Origin: an uncultured Chloroflexia bacterium
Lineage (GTDB): Bacteria; Chloroflexota; Dehalococcoidia; Dehalococcoidales; UBA2162
Direction of reading: 5' to 3'
Assembly: GCA_963735055.1 (NCBI GenBank)
Contig: CAVTJN010000007.1
Location: 14,761-78,760, forward strand
Length of the DNA stretch: 64,000 nt
Below are positions 37,396 to 50,139 of this stretch, piece after piece; position 1 is the first letter of the stretch; every line of letters begins with the position of its first letter. Position numbers and translations under genes: made by a program. The notes beneath the pieces were generated by a model, which had not been told where the DNA came from, did not search any database, and was given only the letters and a program-made list of their open reading frames with translations.

Positions 37396-38604
37396 ATGAA
37401 ATCAGTAAACCGGATATCTGCCGTCCTGTTGTGTGGGCTCCTGGCCGCATGCTCAGTCTCCGCGCTGCCCACGCAAACCGCTCTGGTCAATCCCACCCCA
37501 TCTGGCACGCCTTCCCCGCAGCCGACCTTTACCTTCACGCCCTCCCCATCCGCGACCGCTACGCCGTCCCCGTCCCCTACCCCGACCCCCATTCCTTCTC
37601 CAACCCCGCTGGGCGGTTCCGGAAAAATCATCCTGACCACCACGCTCTGCACCTCCCATACCATCGGATACCCGGATTGCGATCCCCAGGCGGTGATCCT
37701 GGTGGATCTAGACACCGGCGCGAAACAGGAACTGGCAGGCACGGGCTACCGCTTCCGCGCTCTATCGCCGGATGGGAAAAGCATTTTGATTTCCAGGGAT
37801 TCGCTTCTATACATTCAGGATCTGTCCGGCGGCGAACCGGTGCTATTGAGCAGTATCTTTATCGAAAATCGGGCGGGGATTTATGGTCTGGCGACCTGGC
37901 TGCCGGACAATCGGCATATCGCTTTTATCGGCAGGCAAGAGTCCTGGTTCGACGTTTACATGATGAACCTGGATGGCACGGATGTGAAGCGCATCACCGA
38001 ACCGGGTTCAAAGGCTTACCAAATATACCCGTCCAACGATCTGGCCGCTGTCTATTGGGAAAAAGCCATAGATACCGGCTCAGCCATTACCACCTGGGGG
38101 AGTTGGATCACGAATCTGGACGGTTCGAACCAGCACCGCCTGGAGATCTACAAACCGGTTTTCCCAAAAACCGGCAACCGCATGGCCTATCAAAAATATC
38201 CGGAAGGCCTATTTGTATCCGGCCTGGATGGTTCAAATCCGTTGAATGTTTTCCCGCTGTCTGGAGATGGCTTTTTCTGGGAACTATCCATGTCCCCATC
38301 TGGAAACCGGCTGTTTTTCAATGTTTGTGCGGATAAATCCTGTGATCCCATGCCGTATTACCTTGCTTCCAGCGATGGAAAATCGGTCCGCGAACTGAGT
38401 ATTGACTTTACTACCTACCATGCCTGGTGGTCACCGGATGAACAGAAAATCTTGCTGGTGGACTCGAATGGGAGTGACCGGCGCGGTTACACCCGCCTGG
38501 ATCTGCTGGACGTGAATTCTGGCCAGGTCCAATCTTTGGAGGGGGTTCTGGGACTGTCGCAGGATGAATTCATTCTGCGCAGCGAGATTGCCTGGCTGCC
38601 TTGA
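37396..38604 (+). CDS. lipoprotein with P/T/S-rich linker and TolB-like (PD40/WD40-like) beta-propeller
   Basis: MKSVNRISAVLLCGLLAAC lipobox, a TPSPQPTFTFTPSPSATATPSPSPTPTPIPSPTP linker, and repeated SPDGK / SPSGNR / WSPDEQ blade motifs. Confidence 0.7.
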   Translation: MKSVNRISAVLLCGLLAACSVSALPTQTALVNPTPSGTPSPQPTFTFTPSPSATATPSPSPTPTPIPSPTPLGGSGKIILTTTLCTSHTIGYPDCDPQAVILVDLDTGAKQELAGTGYRFRALSPDGKSILISRDSLLYIQDLSGGEPVLLSSIFIENRAGIYGLATWLPDNRHIAFIGRQESWFDVYMMNLDGTDVKRITEPGSKAYQIYPSNDLAAVYWEKAIDTGSAITTWGSWITNLDGSNQHRLEIYKPVFPKTGNRMAYQKYPEGLFVSGLDGSNPLNVFPLSGDGFFWELSMSPSGNRLFFNVCADKSCDPMPYYLASSDGKSVRELSIDFTTYHAWWSPDEQKILLVDSNGSDRRGYTRLDLLDVNSGQVQSLEGVLGLSQDEFILRSEIAWLP

Positions 38605-38794
38605 GTGGCCGGCGGTTGTCCGCCGCTCCATTATTCGTTCATTGGATCAGCCTGCCGAAAATCGCCGCGATCAGCCCAAAGGTTGCGCGCATTTGCATTT
38701 CGATTTTACCTATCTTCCTCATCATTCATCACTCTGCACTCCTCAATCCCCAATTGCCCCGTACAACCCTGTCAGTCTATAGTAAACTTCATCT

Positions 38795-40336
38795 ATGAAC
38801 GAAAATGATGAAACAATGCTGAATGCCGACCCCGCCCAGCAGGGTCGTTTTCCCGCCGCCCAGGCCCCCGAAGGCGTGGAACTGCAGGATATCCTCCCCG
38901 AAATTACCCTCGCCGATCTGCCCGAAAACTTGCGCCAGGGCGCCGCCGACGCCGGTTGGCCCGAGCTGATGCCCGTCCAGGCCAAAGCCATCCCCTACCT
39001 CTTCTCCCAGCGCGATATGATGATCCAATCCCGCACCGGCAGCGGTAAAACCGGCGCGTACCTGCTGCCCATGCTCGAGATGATCAACCCGCTCGAGGCC
39101 ACCACCCAGGCCCTCATCCTGGTGCCCACCCGCGAACTGGCCCACCAGGTGGCCACCGAAGCCGAGATCCTTGGCCGGGCCGCCGGGGTGCGCTGCATCG
39201 CCGTCTACGGCGGGGTCGGCTACCGCGAGCAGTTGGATGCCTTCCGGGCCGGCGCGCACATCGTCATCGGCACCCCCGGGCGCGTCCTCGATCATCTCCT
39301 GCGCCGCTCGATGACGCTCGAAAACCTCAAGTTCCTCGTCTTTGACGAGGCCGACCGCATGCTCTCGATGGGTTTTTACCCCGATATGCGCCGCGTGCAG
39401 GGTTATCTGCCCAGGCGCCACATCAGCACCTATATGTTCTCGGCCACCTTCCCGGTCCAGGTGATCAGCCTGGCCCACCAGTTCCTCGAAAAGCCCGGTT
39501 TCCTCAACCTCAGCAGCGACCACATCCACGTCACCGAGACCGAGCACGTCTTCTACACCGTCCCCGGCATGGACAAAGACCGCAGCCTGGTGCGCATCAT
39601 CGAGGTCGAGAACCCGGCTTCCGCCCTGATCTTCTGCAATACCAAGGTGCGCGTCGATTACGTCACCGTCGTCCTGCAGCGTTTTGGCTACGACGCCGAC
39701 CAGCTGACCTCCGACCTGGCCCAGGCCGCCCGCGAAAAGGTGCTCGACCGCGTCCGCCGCGGCACGCTGCGCTTCCTGGTCGCCACCGATGTGGCCGCGC
39801 GCGGCATCGACCTGCCCGAGCTGTCGCACGTCATCCAATACGAACCGCCTGAGGATCCCGAGGCCTATATCCACCGCGCCGGGCGCACCGGCCGCGCGGG
39901 CGCCAGCGGCACCGCCATCTCGCTGGTCAACCTGCTGGAACGCACCAACCTGCAGCGCATCGGCAAGCGCTTTGAAATCAGCTTCGAGGAACGCCCCCTG
40001 CCCACCGATGAAGATGTCGAGCAGATTGTCTCCGAGCGCATTATCACCCTGCTGGAGGCTCGCCTGCGCAACCGCGACAAGCTGCACACCGAGCGCATGC
40101 AGCGCTTCATCCCGCTGGTGCGCAGCCTGGGCGAAGGTGAGGAGAACCCCGACCTGCTCGCCATGCTGCTCGACGATTTTTACCAGGAGACTTTCCACGC
40201 CCCCTTCATCCCCGTGGAGCCCGAGGACCGTCCTCGTTCCCGCCCCTCCGGCGCGTCCAGCCATACCGGCACATCCGGCCTGGGCGGTGGGCGCTCCGGC
40301 GGTGGACGCTCGCGCCGTCCCCGCGGCCGCCGCTGA
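38795..40336 (+). CDS. DEAD-box ATP-dependent RNA helicase with C-terminal RGG/R-rich tail
   Basis: Intact 513 aa with SRTGSGKTGAY, PTRELA, VFDEADRML, SAT, HRAGRTGRAG and a GGGRSGGGRSRRPRGRR tail. Confidence 0.92.
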   Translation: MNENDETMLNADPAQQGRFPAAQAPEGVELQDILPEITLADLPENLRQGAADAGWPELMPVQAKAIPYLFSQRDMMIQSRTGSGKTGAYLLPMLEMINPLEATTQALILVPTRELAHQVATEAEILGRAAGVRCIAVYGGVGYREQLDAFRAGAHIVIGTPGRVLDHLLRRSMTLENLKFLVFDEADRMLSMGFYPDMRRVQGYLPRRHISTYMFSATFPVQVISLAHQFLEKPGFLNLSSDHIHVTETEHVFYTVPGMDKDRSLVRIIEVENPASALIFCNTKVRVDYVTVVLQRFGYDADQLTSDLAQAAREKVLDRVRRGTLRFLVATDVAARGIDLPELSHVIQYEPPEDPEAYIHRAGRTGRAGASGTAISLVNLLERTNLQRIGKRFEISFEERPLPTDEDVEQIVSERIITLLEARLRNRDKLHTERMQRFIPLVRSLGEGEENPDLLAMLLDDFYQETFHAPFIPVEPEDRPRSRPSGASSHTGTSGLGGGRSGGGRSRRPRGRR

Positions 40337-40424
40337 CTTATTGCCTTATCATCCACCTGGAGCCGAACATTTTAGTGCGATTGTGGCGAAATGGATTATG
40401 TGCAGTGTTTCGCTAACTTGGGGT

Positions 40425-40507
40425 GAAGGGGATTACAGGAAGCGCTTTACGCGCTTCATGTAATCCCCTTCGATAATTCCCCGCCTCGATTTTACGGGGC
40501 GGGGATT
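40425..40507 (+). terminator. two consecutive long hairpins downstream of the helicase
   Basis: gaaggggattaca..(gaagcgc-tttac-gcgcttc)..tgtaatccccttc (13 + 7 bp), then tccccgcc..ggcgggga. There is no clear U-tract, so the termination role is tentative. Confidence 0.4.
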
Positions 40508-40585
40508 AAAAGGGGGTGGGGTGTTAAGCCAGCATACATTTGTTATATGCTCAACCCAGCGGGGATGGTCTAAAGAGGAGAGATC

Positions 40586-43500
40586 ATGGACGACCTTCGC
40601 AAAGACTTCCAATCCCCGTCCACCGCCTTCCGCGGCGCGCCATTCTGGTCTTGGAATGACCATCTGCAGGTTGAAGAACTTAACCGTCAGGTCAGGGATA
40701 TGCAGGCGCACGGCATGGGCGGCTTCTTTATGCATTCGCGTGAAGGTCTGGAGACGCCCTACATGGGTGAAAAATGGCTGGAATGCATCCGCGAGACGGT
40801 GAAAACCGCCAGCGAGACCGGCATGCACGCCTGGCTCTACGACGAAGACCGCTGGCCGTCCGGCTTTGCCGGCGGGCTGGTGCCGGCGCGCGGCGGGGAT
40901 GCTTTCCGCGCCAAGGCTCTTTCCATGCGAGGTCAGCGACGCAGTCTCCCGCGGATCGGCGAGCACACCCTGGCTGTCTTCGCCGCGCGCGTTGGAAGAC
41001 GGCGGCGCTCCTCTCCCTGCGCCGCCTGCGGGCCGGCGGATGCAGCCTTGGCGCCCGGTGAAACCTGCCTGGTTTTCCGGCGCGAGGTGTCCGCGCCGAG
41101 CGAGTGGTTTAACGACGACGCCTATGCCGACAACCTCAACCCCGATTCGGTCGCCGCGTTCATCGATATCACCTATGAAGCCTACCGCCGCCAGGTAGGC
41201 GACTGAGTTTGGCAAAGCCATCCCCGGCATATTCACCGACGAGCCCAACATCCAGAGCCACCGCTCGCAGGTGGGCGAACGCGCCCTGCCCTGGACCGAC
41301 GGCCTGCCGGATTTCTTCCGCGAGCGCCGCGGCTACGATTTGCTGGATGTCCTCCCCTGGTTGTTTTTCGACGGGCTCCGGCGCCGCCCGCGCCCGCCAC
41401 GATTACTGGTACACCATCAGCCAGCGTTTCACCGAGGCCTATTCGAAACAGCTTGGCGCGTGGTGCGCGGAAAACGGCCTGGCCTTCACCGGTCATTTTC
41501 TCAATGAGGGTCGAGATGGGCCAGGCCATCCTGCGCGGCGGGGCGATCATGCCCCATTACCGCTACCAGCAGGTGCCGGGCATCGATATGCTCACCGAGC
41601 AAAACCACGAGTTCATCACCATCAAGCAGTGCAGCAGCGTCGCCAATCAGTTCGGCCGTAAACGCGTGCTCTCGGAAACCTACGGCTGCTCGGGCTGGGA
41701 ATTTACCTTTGAGGGCCAAAAGTGGAACGGCGATTGGCAGTATGTGCTGGGCGTCAACCTGCGCTGCCAGCACCTTGCCCTCTATTCGCTGCGTGGTTGC
41801 CGCAAACGCGACTACCCGCCTGCTTTCAACTACAACACCACCTGGTGGAAGTACAACGCGGTGGTGGAAGATTATTTCGCCCGGGTGGGCCGCGTGCTGA
41901 CCGAAGGCGATGCCGTCCGCGACGTGCTTATGATCCACCCGGTCGCCACCGGCTGGGCCATGCTGGGCGAAGGGGACCAGAGCACCGCCGAGGTGGATGG
42001 CTTTGGCGAACGCCTCAACGATTTCTGCCAGGCGCTGCTCGCCACCCATTATGATTTCGATTTTGGCGATGAGCAAATTCTGGCCATGGATGCCGGGCTG
42101 GAGGGCAGCCAGGTCGTGGTTGGCCGTGCGCCTTACTCTGTAGTGATCATCCCGCCGAAGACCCGCACTCTGCTGGCTTCCACCGTCACTTTGCTGGAGC
42201 GCTTCCTGGATGCAGGTGGTAAGGTCCTCGTATTCTCGCCGGTCCCCGAATGGATCGCGGCGCTCCCGGATGATCGCCTCGCGGCTCTGTGGTCCAGACC
42301 AGGCATGGTCATGCTCGAAAACCCCTCCGCGCTCAATGCCGCCCTCGAGCAGATCCTCCCCAGGCGGGTTTCTATGCTCACCCCGCAGGGACAGCAGGCC
42401 GCCCGCTTGCTCTATATGCAGCGCAGCCTCCCGGACGGCAGTCAGGCCTATTTCATCGTCAATAATGATCGCCACGCCGGTTGCCAGGTCTCCGTTTCGC
42501 TGAAATGCGCCGCCGCAAGTGCCTGCCAGGTGGAGGAATGGGATCCACTCACCGGCGCGATGCAGGTTCTAACCGCCGAACAGCGCGAAGGGAAGCTGTC
42601 CTTCTATGCCTATTTTGGTCCCGCCGGTTCGCGCCTGTATATCGTCGTTCAACACGACGCAATCCCGGCTGAGGTCGGTCCTGGCTTTGACCAGCACGAG
42701 GCATGGCAGACCATGCCCGGCGAACGCGTCCAGTATATCGGTCCGCTGTGTTCTTTCACCCGCACCGATCCCAACATCCTCACCCTGGATGTCTGCGAGT
42801 TCAGATTGCAGGGCAGTGGGTGGTCTGAACCTATGGAGGTCTGGCGTGCCCAAAACGCGGTGCGGCAGTCCCTGGGGATGCGCCCGAACTATTACAACGG
42901 TCTGCCGCAGCGCTACCGCTGGGCATTGAAAACTCATCCTGCGGATGGCGCCCAGGTGCAGCTGCGCTTTACTTTTGAGGTCAAACAGGTTCCCACCACC
43001 CCATTGTTCCTGCTGGTGGAGAGCGCTGACCGCTTTAAGATCAGCCTTAACGGCCAGGACATCCACAACACGATTGCCGGATGGTACCTGGACCGCGCCT
43101 TCGACCGTGTCGCTCTGCCTGCCCTGCGGCTGGGCCAGAACGAGTGCATTCTCACCTGCGCCTACACCAACTATGTTGAGCTGGAGGATATCTACCTCCT
43201 GGGTGATTTTGGCGTGTCCGTCAGCCGTGAGATCATCGCCGAGCCTGCCGACCTCCATTTTGGCGAATGGGCCGGCCAGGGCTATCCCCACTACGCCGGG
43301 AGCATGCTCTATCACGCCAGCTTTGAGCATACTGAGGGCATGGGTGCCCGCGTCTTCCTCGGCGAACACCGCGCCGTGGATGTGGCCGTGCACGTCAATG
43401 GCCGGCTTGCCGGGCACATCCCCTGGCGCTCTGCCAACGGACTGGATATCAGCGCTTTCGCCGTTCCCGGGTCAAACCGGTTGGATATCGAGGTGGTCAG

Positions 43501-43657
43501 CAGCCCGCGCAACATGCTCGGCCCGCTGCACCGCGCCCCCGAACACGAGCCCTGGACCGATTGGCACTCATTCCGCCGCACCGATGAAACCTTCACGCCG
43601 AATTACGTCTTCTGGCCGTGGGGTTTCACTGGCCAGGTGCGCGTGGTCGAAGGCTAA
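40586..43657 (+). pseudogene. large glycoside hydrolase of uncertain family (GH2-type sugar-binding jelly-roll at the C-terminus), frameshifts between about 41000 and 41530
   Basis: GAGGAG RBS. N-terminus FRGAPFWSWNDHL..MGGFFMHSREGL, then fragments FTDEPNIQ, LPWTDGLPDFFRERRGYDLL, GHFLNE in other frames, then the 734-aa ORF 41453..43657 (QQVPGIDMLTE, YSLRGCRKRDYPP, VHVNGRLAGHIPW). Confidence 0.65.
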
Positions 43658-43747
43658 TCCTGGCGTTTCGGGACCTGTAAAGATGACGGGCGCGGCATGC
43701 CGAACGCCCGTATTTCGGGTTTGTCCGCTGTGTCTTTTGGCCAGCAC

Positions 43748-45756
<2,009 letters not shown>

Positions 45757-45840
45757 GATACTCTCCAAACAAGACTCAATGATAAACGATAAACAGGCTT
45801 CTGATCACAACAGGTGCCCGGGCGTTTGGATTGCGGGGTA

Positions 45841-46037
45841 AAGAAAAGGCCGCGGGCTGATGGTGCGCCGCGGCCAAATGCTATTCGTGTAGTATAGCGG
45901 TCAGCAGACGCACTCCGACAAGGAATCACCAACGCCGCCACTTTTGGCGGTCAGATTGAGGGGTGCAACTGGACTGACAAAGTAAATCATCTTTCTATCC
46001 TGTACTGAGTTTATCACAATATTTTTCCGGATGTCAA
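45841..46037 (-). promoter_or_regulatory. ABC-F leader: promoter, 29-codon uORF and terminator-type hairpin (candidate attenuator)
   Basis: On the minus strand: TTGACA (46032-46037), 18 nt, TAAACT (46008-46013). uORF 45990..45901 (MIYFVSPVAPLNLTAKSGGVGDSLSECVC). Hairpin ggccgcgg..ccgcggcc (45848-45875) followed by ttttctt, about 85 nt before ATG 45756. Confidence 0.5.
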
Positions 46038-46106
46038 GGGGTGGGCGTTAATTGCCATTGCTTCTCTCGTATAATAAGGTCAGACAGGACACGCGTGGAG
46101 GAACCC

Positions 46107-46991
46107 ATGGATCAGGAACATTTCGAGCGGGCAAAAGATTTTCTCTGGAAAAATGCCCGTCTGCTTGACCGGCAGTTGTTCGCCTTTTTATTTCTAGGCG
46201 GTTCGCGAGATGCGGCGGTGCGGGCGCTGCAGGCTTACCAGAACCCGGACGGTGGATTTGGCAATGCGCTCGAACCGGACAAGCGCTGCCCTGATAGCCA
46301 GCCGGTGGATATCCAGGTGGCCCTCGAGATCCTCGATATGCTCGGCGCGCTGGCCGACCCGCGCATCCAGCGTGAGATGGTTATCCAGGCCTGTGATTTC
46401 CTCACTCAAATTGCTCCCGTACCGGGCGGCGTGCCGTTTGCGCTGCCCGCGGTCAACAATTACCCGCACGCGCCCTGGTGGCAAACCTCTGAGAACCCAC
46501 CCGCGGCGATCAACCCCACGGCAGCCATTGTGGGCATGCTGTTGAAGAACAAGGTCGCTCATCCATTTGTGGAACAAGGCACGCGTTATTGCTGGGCTGA
46601 AATTGAAGCCAGCGAAAGCAAACAGTACCACGATATGATGCCGATGCTGGCATTTTTAGAGAATGCGCCGGACCGGGAGCGTGCCGACCGCCAGTTAAAG
46701 CGTATTGTGGAGCACGTCAGCCGGCCAGGTGTGATTGCATACGACCCGGCGGCGAGCGGTTATGTGCAGTTTCCGCTGGATTGGGCGCCAACCCCGCAGT
46801 ACTATCTGCGGCGCATTTTTTCAGATCAGGTGATTGCGGAGCAATTGGCATTCCTGGCAGCCAGGCAGCAGCCTGACGGTGGTTGGCCGATCACATGGGA
46901 GCCGGTCAGTCCGTTTGTGGCATTGGAATGGCGCGGCTGGGTCACGCTGATGGCGCTGCGCACCTTGCAGGCTTACGGAGCGCTGGCCTGA
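46107..46991 (+). CDS. hypothetical protein with prenyltransferase / squalene-cyclase-like alpha-alpha toroid repeats
   Basis: GGAGG RBS before ATG 46107. The motifs QNPDGGFGNALEP and QQPDGGWPITWEP resemble terpenoid-cyclase/prenyltransferase repeats. Confidence 0.45.
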   Translation: MDQEHFERAKDFLWKNARLLDRQLFAFLFLGGSRDAAVRALQAYQNPDGGFGNALEPDKRCPDSQPVDIQVALEILDMLGALADPRIQREMVIQACDFLTQIAPVPGGVPFALPAVNNYPHAPWWQTSENPPAAINPTAAIVGMLLKNKVAHPFVEQGTRYCWAEIEASESKQYHDMMPMLAFLENAPDRERADRQLKRIVEHVSRPGVIAYDPAASGYVQFPLDWAPTPQYYLRRIFSDQVIAEQLAFLAARQQPDGGWPITWEPVSPFVALEWRGWVTLMALRTLQAYGALA

Positions 46992-47013
46992 TTCCTCGTA
47001 TTGGCGGAGGGGG

Positions 47014-47526
47014 TTACTTCTTGCGGCCGACCAACAAAATCAAACCGAGCATCACGGCCACCAATCCCGCTTCTACCAGCGCGCCTTTTCGCTCGTAGCG
47101 CAGGTCGGGCAGCCGGTTGAGCTGGTTGACGATCGGGATCTCGTCCAAAGCGCTGTGCAGGCTTTCGTTGAGAATGGAGTCTTCCCAGCCCTGGATATGC
47201 CAGCCAAAACGCCTGGATAGGCCGCGCACCACCCAATCCAGATCAGGCAGGGCGGAAAACAGCATGGCAAACCAGTGTCTGGGGCCAAACCAGAGCGCGA
47301 CAAACCATGTGAAGACGGGCAGCACGCGCTGGTGGTAGGTTTTCCAGAAATAGTCATCCAGGGGGTCGGGCGGATGGTAGGTGGCGCGCGCCATCTTATC
47401 CAGCACGCCGTGAGAAATGTAGCAGCCGATGGCGGTGGCTGCCAGGTTGGCAGGCACCGGCAGGTGGGCGCGCCGCACCAATTGATCGATCAACACGCCG
47501 GCGACAAAGTGGGTGGGTAGTTGCAT
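47014..47526 (-). CDS. membrane protein, possibly a YdjM/DUF457-like metal-dependent hydrolase
   Basis: Intact 170 aa. N-terminus MQLPTHFVAGVLI, conserved His residues, C-terminal TM segment LVAVMLGLILLVG. Confidence 0.35.
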   Translation of the reverse strand: MQLPTHFVAGVLIDQLVRRAHLPVPANLAATAIGCYISHGVLDKMARATYHPPDPLDDYFWKTYHQRVLPVFTWFVALWFGPRHWFAMLFSALPDLDWVVRGLSRRFGWHIQGWEDSILNESLHSALDEIPIVNQLNRLPDLRYERKGALVEAGLVAVMLGLILLVGRKK

Positions 47527-47570
47527 AGGCTTATTAATGGTTTTCCCGGTTTTGTTCCGGGGAATTTACC

Positions 47571-48384
47571 TCAGGAAGTCGCTTTCTCTTCCCGACGGTT
47601 GAACACCGATCTCTTCAAGAAAAAGTGGGAAGCCACCAGCAGCAGGCTTAACTCCAGCACATTCCACCAAAAATGCACGTCCAGCCGGTTGGCAGTGGTT
47701 AGCCCTGGCAGCGTGCCCAGGAGTGGTCCCGCTGCGTCAGGGGGCTGCGCGCCAGCCAACCGTCCCGACCAAAAAAGCCTGGCAGCCCCTGGGCTGTGAC
47801 GTTGGTCACGCATAAAATACCCAACTGGTTGAGAACAATCTGGTAACGAATGAACATATATGTGTGTTCGGCGGTGTGGCCAATGGCGACGCCCAACAAT
47901 AAAAAGGCCCAGAAGTTGCGCACGCCGCCTTTGATCAGGAAGATCACGGTGATTAAAACCAGCCAGTTCCAGATAAAATGCACCCACTCCGAATTAGCGG
48001 GCGAAAGCAAGCCGTTAGACTGCCGGGCGGGCAAGAGCAAGATGTAGTATTCGACCCACTGGGCCAGATGTTCAATAGAGTGCGTCCCCTGGGCCACCAG
48101 CAAGATGCTGATGATCATCACGGTCTTGCCGTAGCTGCGCAGGTCGGAGCGCCATTTGAACATGCCCACGGGCAGCATGCTGACCAAAAAGATGGCCGTA
48201 GCCACCCACAGAGGCAGACGGAAATAACCGGTGATGCCCCAGGCCAGGCCAACACCAGCAGGATGGAAACAACCACCGCAGGGGTGAGTTTGGTGGGATT
48301 GAGCAGGTCCAGGATCGGCAGGGCTTTGCCCAGGTTGAAGCGCGCCGGTGAGAATTTCACGGAGGACACGGTAGTCTGGTTCAT
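47571..48384 (-). pseudogene. polytopic His-rich membrane protein, unknown function, frameshifted
   Basis: Fragments 48118..48384 (MNQTTVSSVKF...), 47699..48205 (THSIEHLAQWVEYY, GHTAEHTYMF) and 47571..47987 (C-terminal end) lie in three frames. Confidence 0.4.
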
Positions 48385-48448
48385 TTGATCTCCTCCTTTT
48401 TCAAGGCAGAACGGTTAATCGGGCGGTCAAGAAATTGGATAAGCATAT

Positions 48449-50139
48449 TTATCTACTGACCGTAACCAAAGTTTGCGGGCTGAGGTCCGTTATCTCGGCC
48501 TGAGCGCCGTCCGGATAAGTAATTACCAGTTTTTGGATCTGGGCGCCATCCGCGAATGCCAAAGTGAATACGCTGGGGATCGCCGGACAGGTATCCGCCG
48601 GATGCGCGCACATCTCGGCGCAGAATCCCCTGGCTGGTGTGCAGTGCGAGCTGCGCGCCAATTGCGCGGGTGTTGCCTGACCCAGGCCAGTTCAGGTCCA
48701 CTTCCAGGGCTTGCCCGGTGCACAGGCTGTTTTCAAAAAGCACGGCACTGCCGCGCAGGTTGTTGACCACGACATCCAGCCGGCCGTCCCCGTTCATATC
48801 GGCCATCAACATGCCGCGCCCGCTGGCCGTGGATCCCAGGTTCCATTCCGGGGCGGAGATGAAACCGCCGTTTCCGTCATTGCGGATAAGCCCGGTTGGG
48901 TTCAACCAGTTCGTAATTGCTTAAGGAAGCTGAACAGGTTAGAGGCAATCATTCCAGTAGTAACATACAGGTCGAGAAATCCATCATTATTCAGAGTCGC
49001 CAAAACGCGAACTCCAGGTCCAACCGGTGGCGTCAATCCCACGGCGGGGAGCCTGGTTCTGCCAGCGCACCATTGGCGTCCTGCACTTCCAGCACGTTGG
49101 CCATGATCTGGGGGTCACTGGGGCCGTGTTTTTCTTCCAGTTTGCTGATCACCGGCAGCCATTCGGCCAGCACGGCGGGATCGGTGGTGCCGGGGTTCAT
49201 GTCGGTGGAAAAGACTGCCATCTGGCCTTTGTTGTCCAGGTCGCCCCACTCAATGCTCATCGCGCTGAGGGAGGTGTTCATGGAAGGGTTGGGCACTCTT
49301 CCAGCCGGTGCCCTGGTTAATCCAGATTCCATCCGGAACCGCGAAATCATTGGCCGCCCAAATGTCCGGCCGGTTATCGCCATTCAGACGAATAATGCAA
49401 CGGAAAGAGTCTCGGCTTTTGGGTCGAGGACACTGGGGATAAATTTGTTACCCCGGTGGCTGTAATAGACCAGCCCGGCCGATTGGGCCAGGTCATTTGC
49501 ATTCAATCCGGATTGGCGCAGGTCGGTGTTATACGAGCCCGTGACCAGGTCCAGGCTGCCGTCCTGATTGAGGTCGGCCCACCCCATCGCATAGGCGTGA
49601 TAGGTTACACCAGGCAAGTCGGCCTGCTCAAAAATCGCGCCGTTTCCACCTGGGCCGGTGTTGCGCCAGAAGGAGACGCTCTCCAGGCCCCGGTGCGTGA
49701 AAGTGATATCCGGCCGTCCGTCCCCATCCACGTCCACAATATTCACCCCGCGGGTGAATGAGTCTTTCAACGATTCCTCTTTGAATTTCAGATCGCCCTG
49801 GTTCCATAAGATGGTGCTCTCACCGTCCACATTGGCAAAAACCAGGTCCATGTCGCCATCTCCATCCAGGTCATTGATCGCCAATCCGGCGCCGTTACTG
49901 GCATAGGTGGCAATATCGCGCATGCGGTAACCGGTGGCGAAACTTAATGTGTGTGGGATAAATGTGTTCTGACAGGTACCCGATTCTGCCAGCGGAGCGC
50001 GCGTAACCGTGACAGGCGCCGTTGGGATGGGCGCGTTTTGCGTTCCGGCGGGGACTGCGAGAGTTTGCGGCCCGCCCGCACAGCCAGCCGTCAGCATGAC
50101 CATAAGGATGAAAACGGCATACCAGCGAAATATACTCAT
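48449..50139 (-). pseudogene. FG-GAP/VCBS-repeat lipoprotein with ASPIC/UnbV-type C-terminus (CRTAC1-like), frameshifted
   Basis: MSIFRWYAVFILMVMLTAGC lipobox. Repeated DLDGDGDMDLV / DVDGDGRPDI / DMNGDGRLDVV. C-terminus SGGYLSGDPQRIHFGI.. continues in the frame of ORF 48449..48661. Confidence 0.75.

Noticed and set aside
37500-37620. Short-period C/A/G repeat that looked like a tandem repeat or array
   Set aside because: It encodes the Pro/Thr/Ser linker of the lipoprotein (TPSPSATATPSPSPTPTP). It has no spacer-repeat organisation and is not CRISPR-like. No CRISPR array was seen anywhere in the window.
38789-40264. 491-aa ORF antisense to the DEAD-box helicase gene
   Set aside because: The plus strand carries every canonical helicase motif. 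The antisense product is low-complexity (G/A/D/V-rich), typical of shadow ORFs in GC-rich DNA.
40230-40336. GGC/CGC-rich repeat at the end of the helicase gene
   Set aside because: It is the coding sequence of the RGG/Arg-rich C-terminal tail common in DEAD-box helicases, not a DNA-level element.
41501-43417. Long minus-strand ORFs (41501..42475, 42569..43417) inside the large GH gene
   Set aside because: They are antisense shadows. They have no recognisable motifs, and the coding sense is established by the plus-strand GH sequence.
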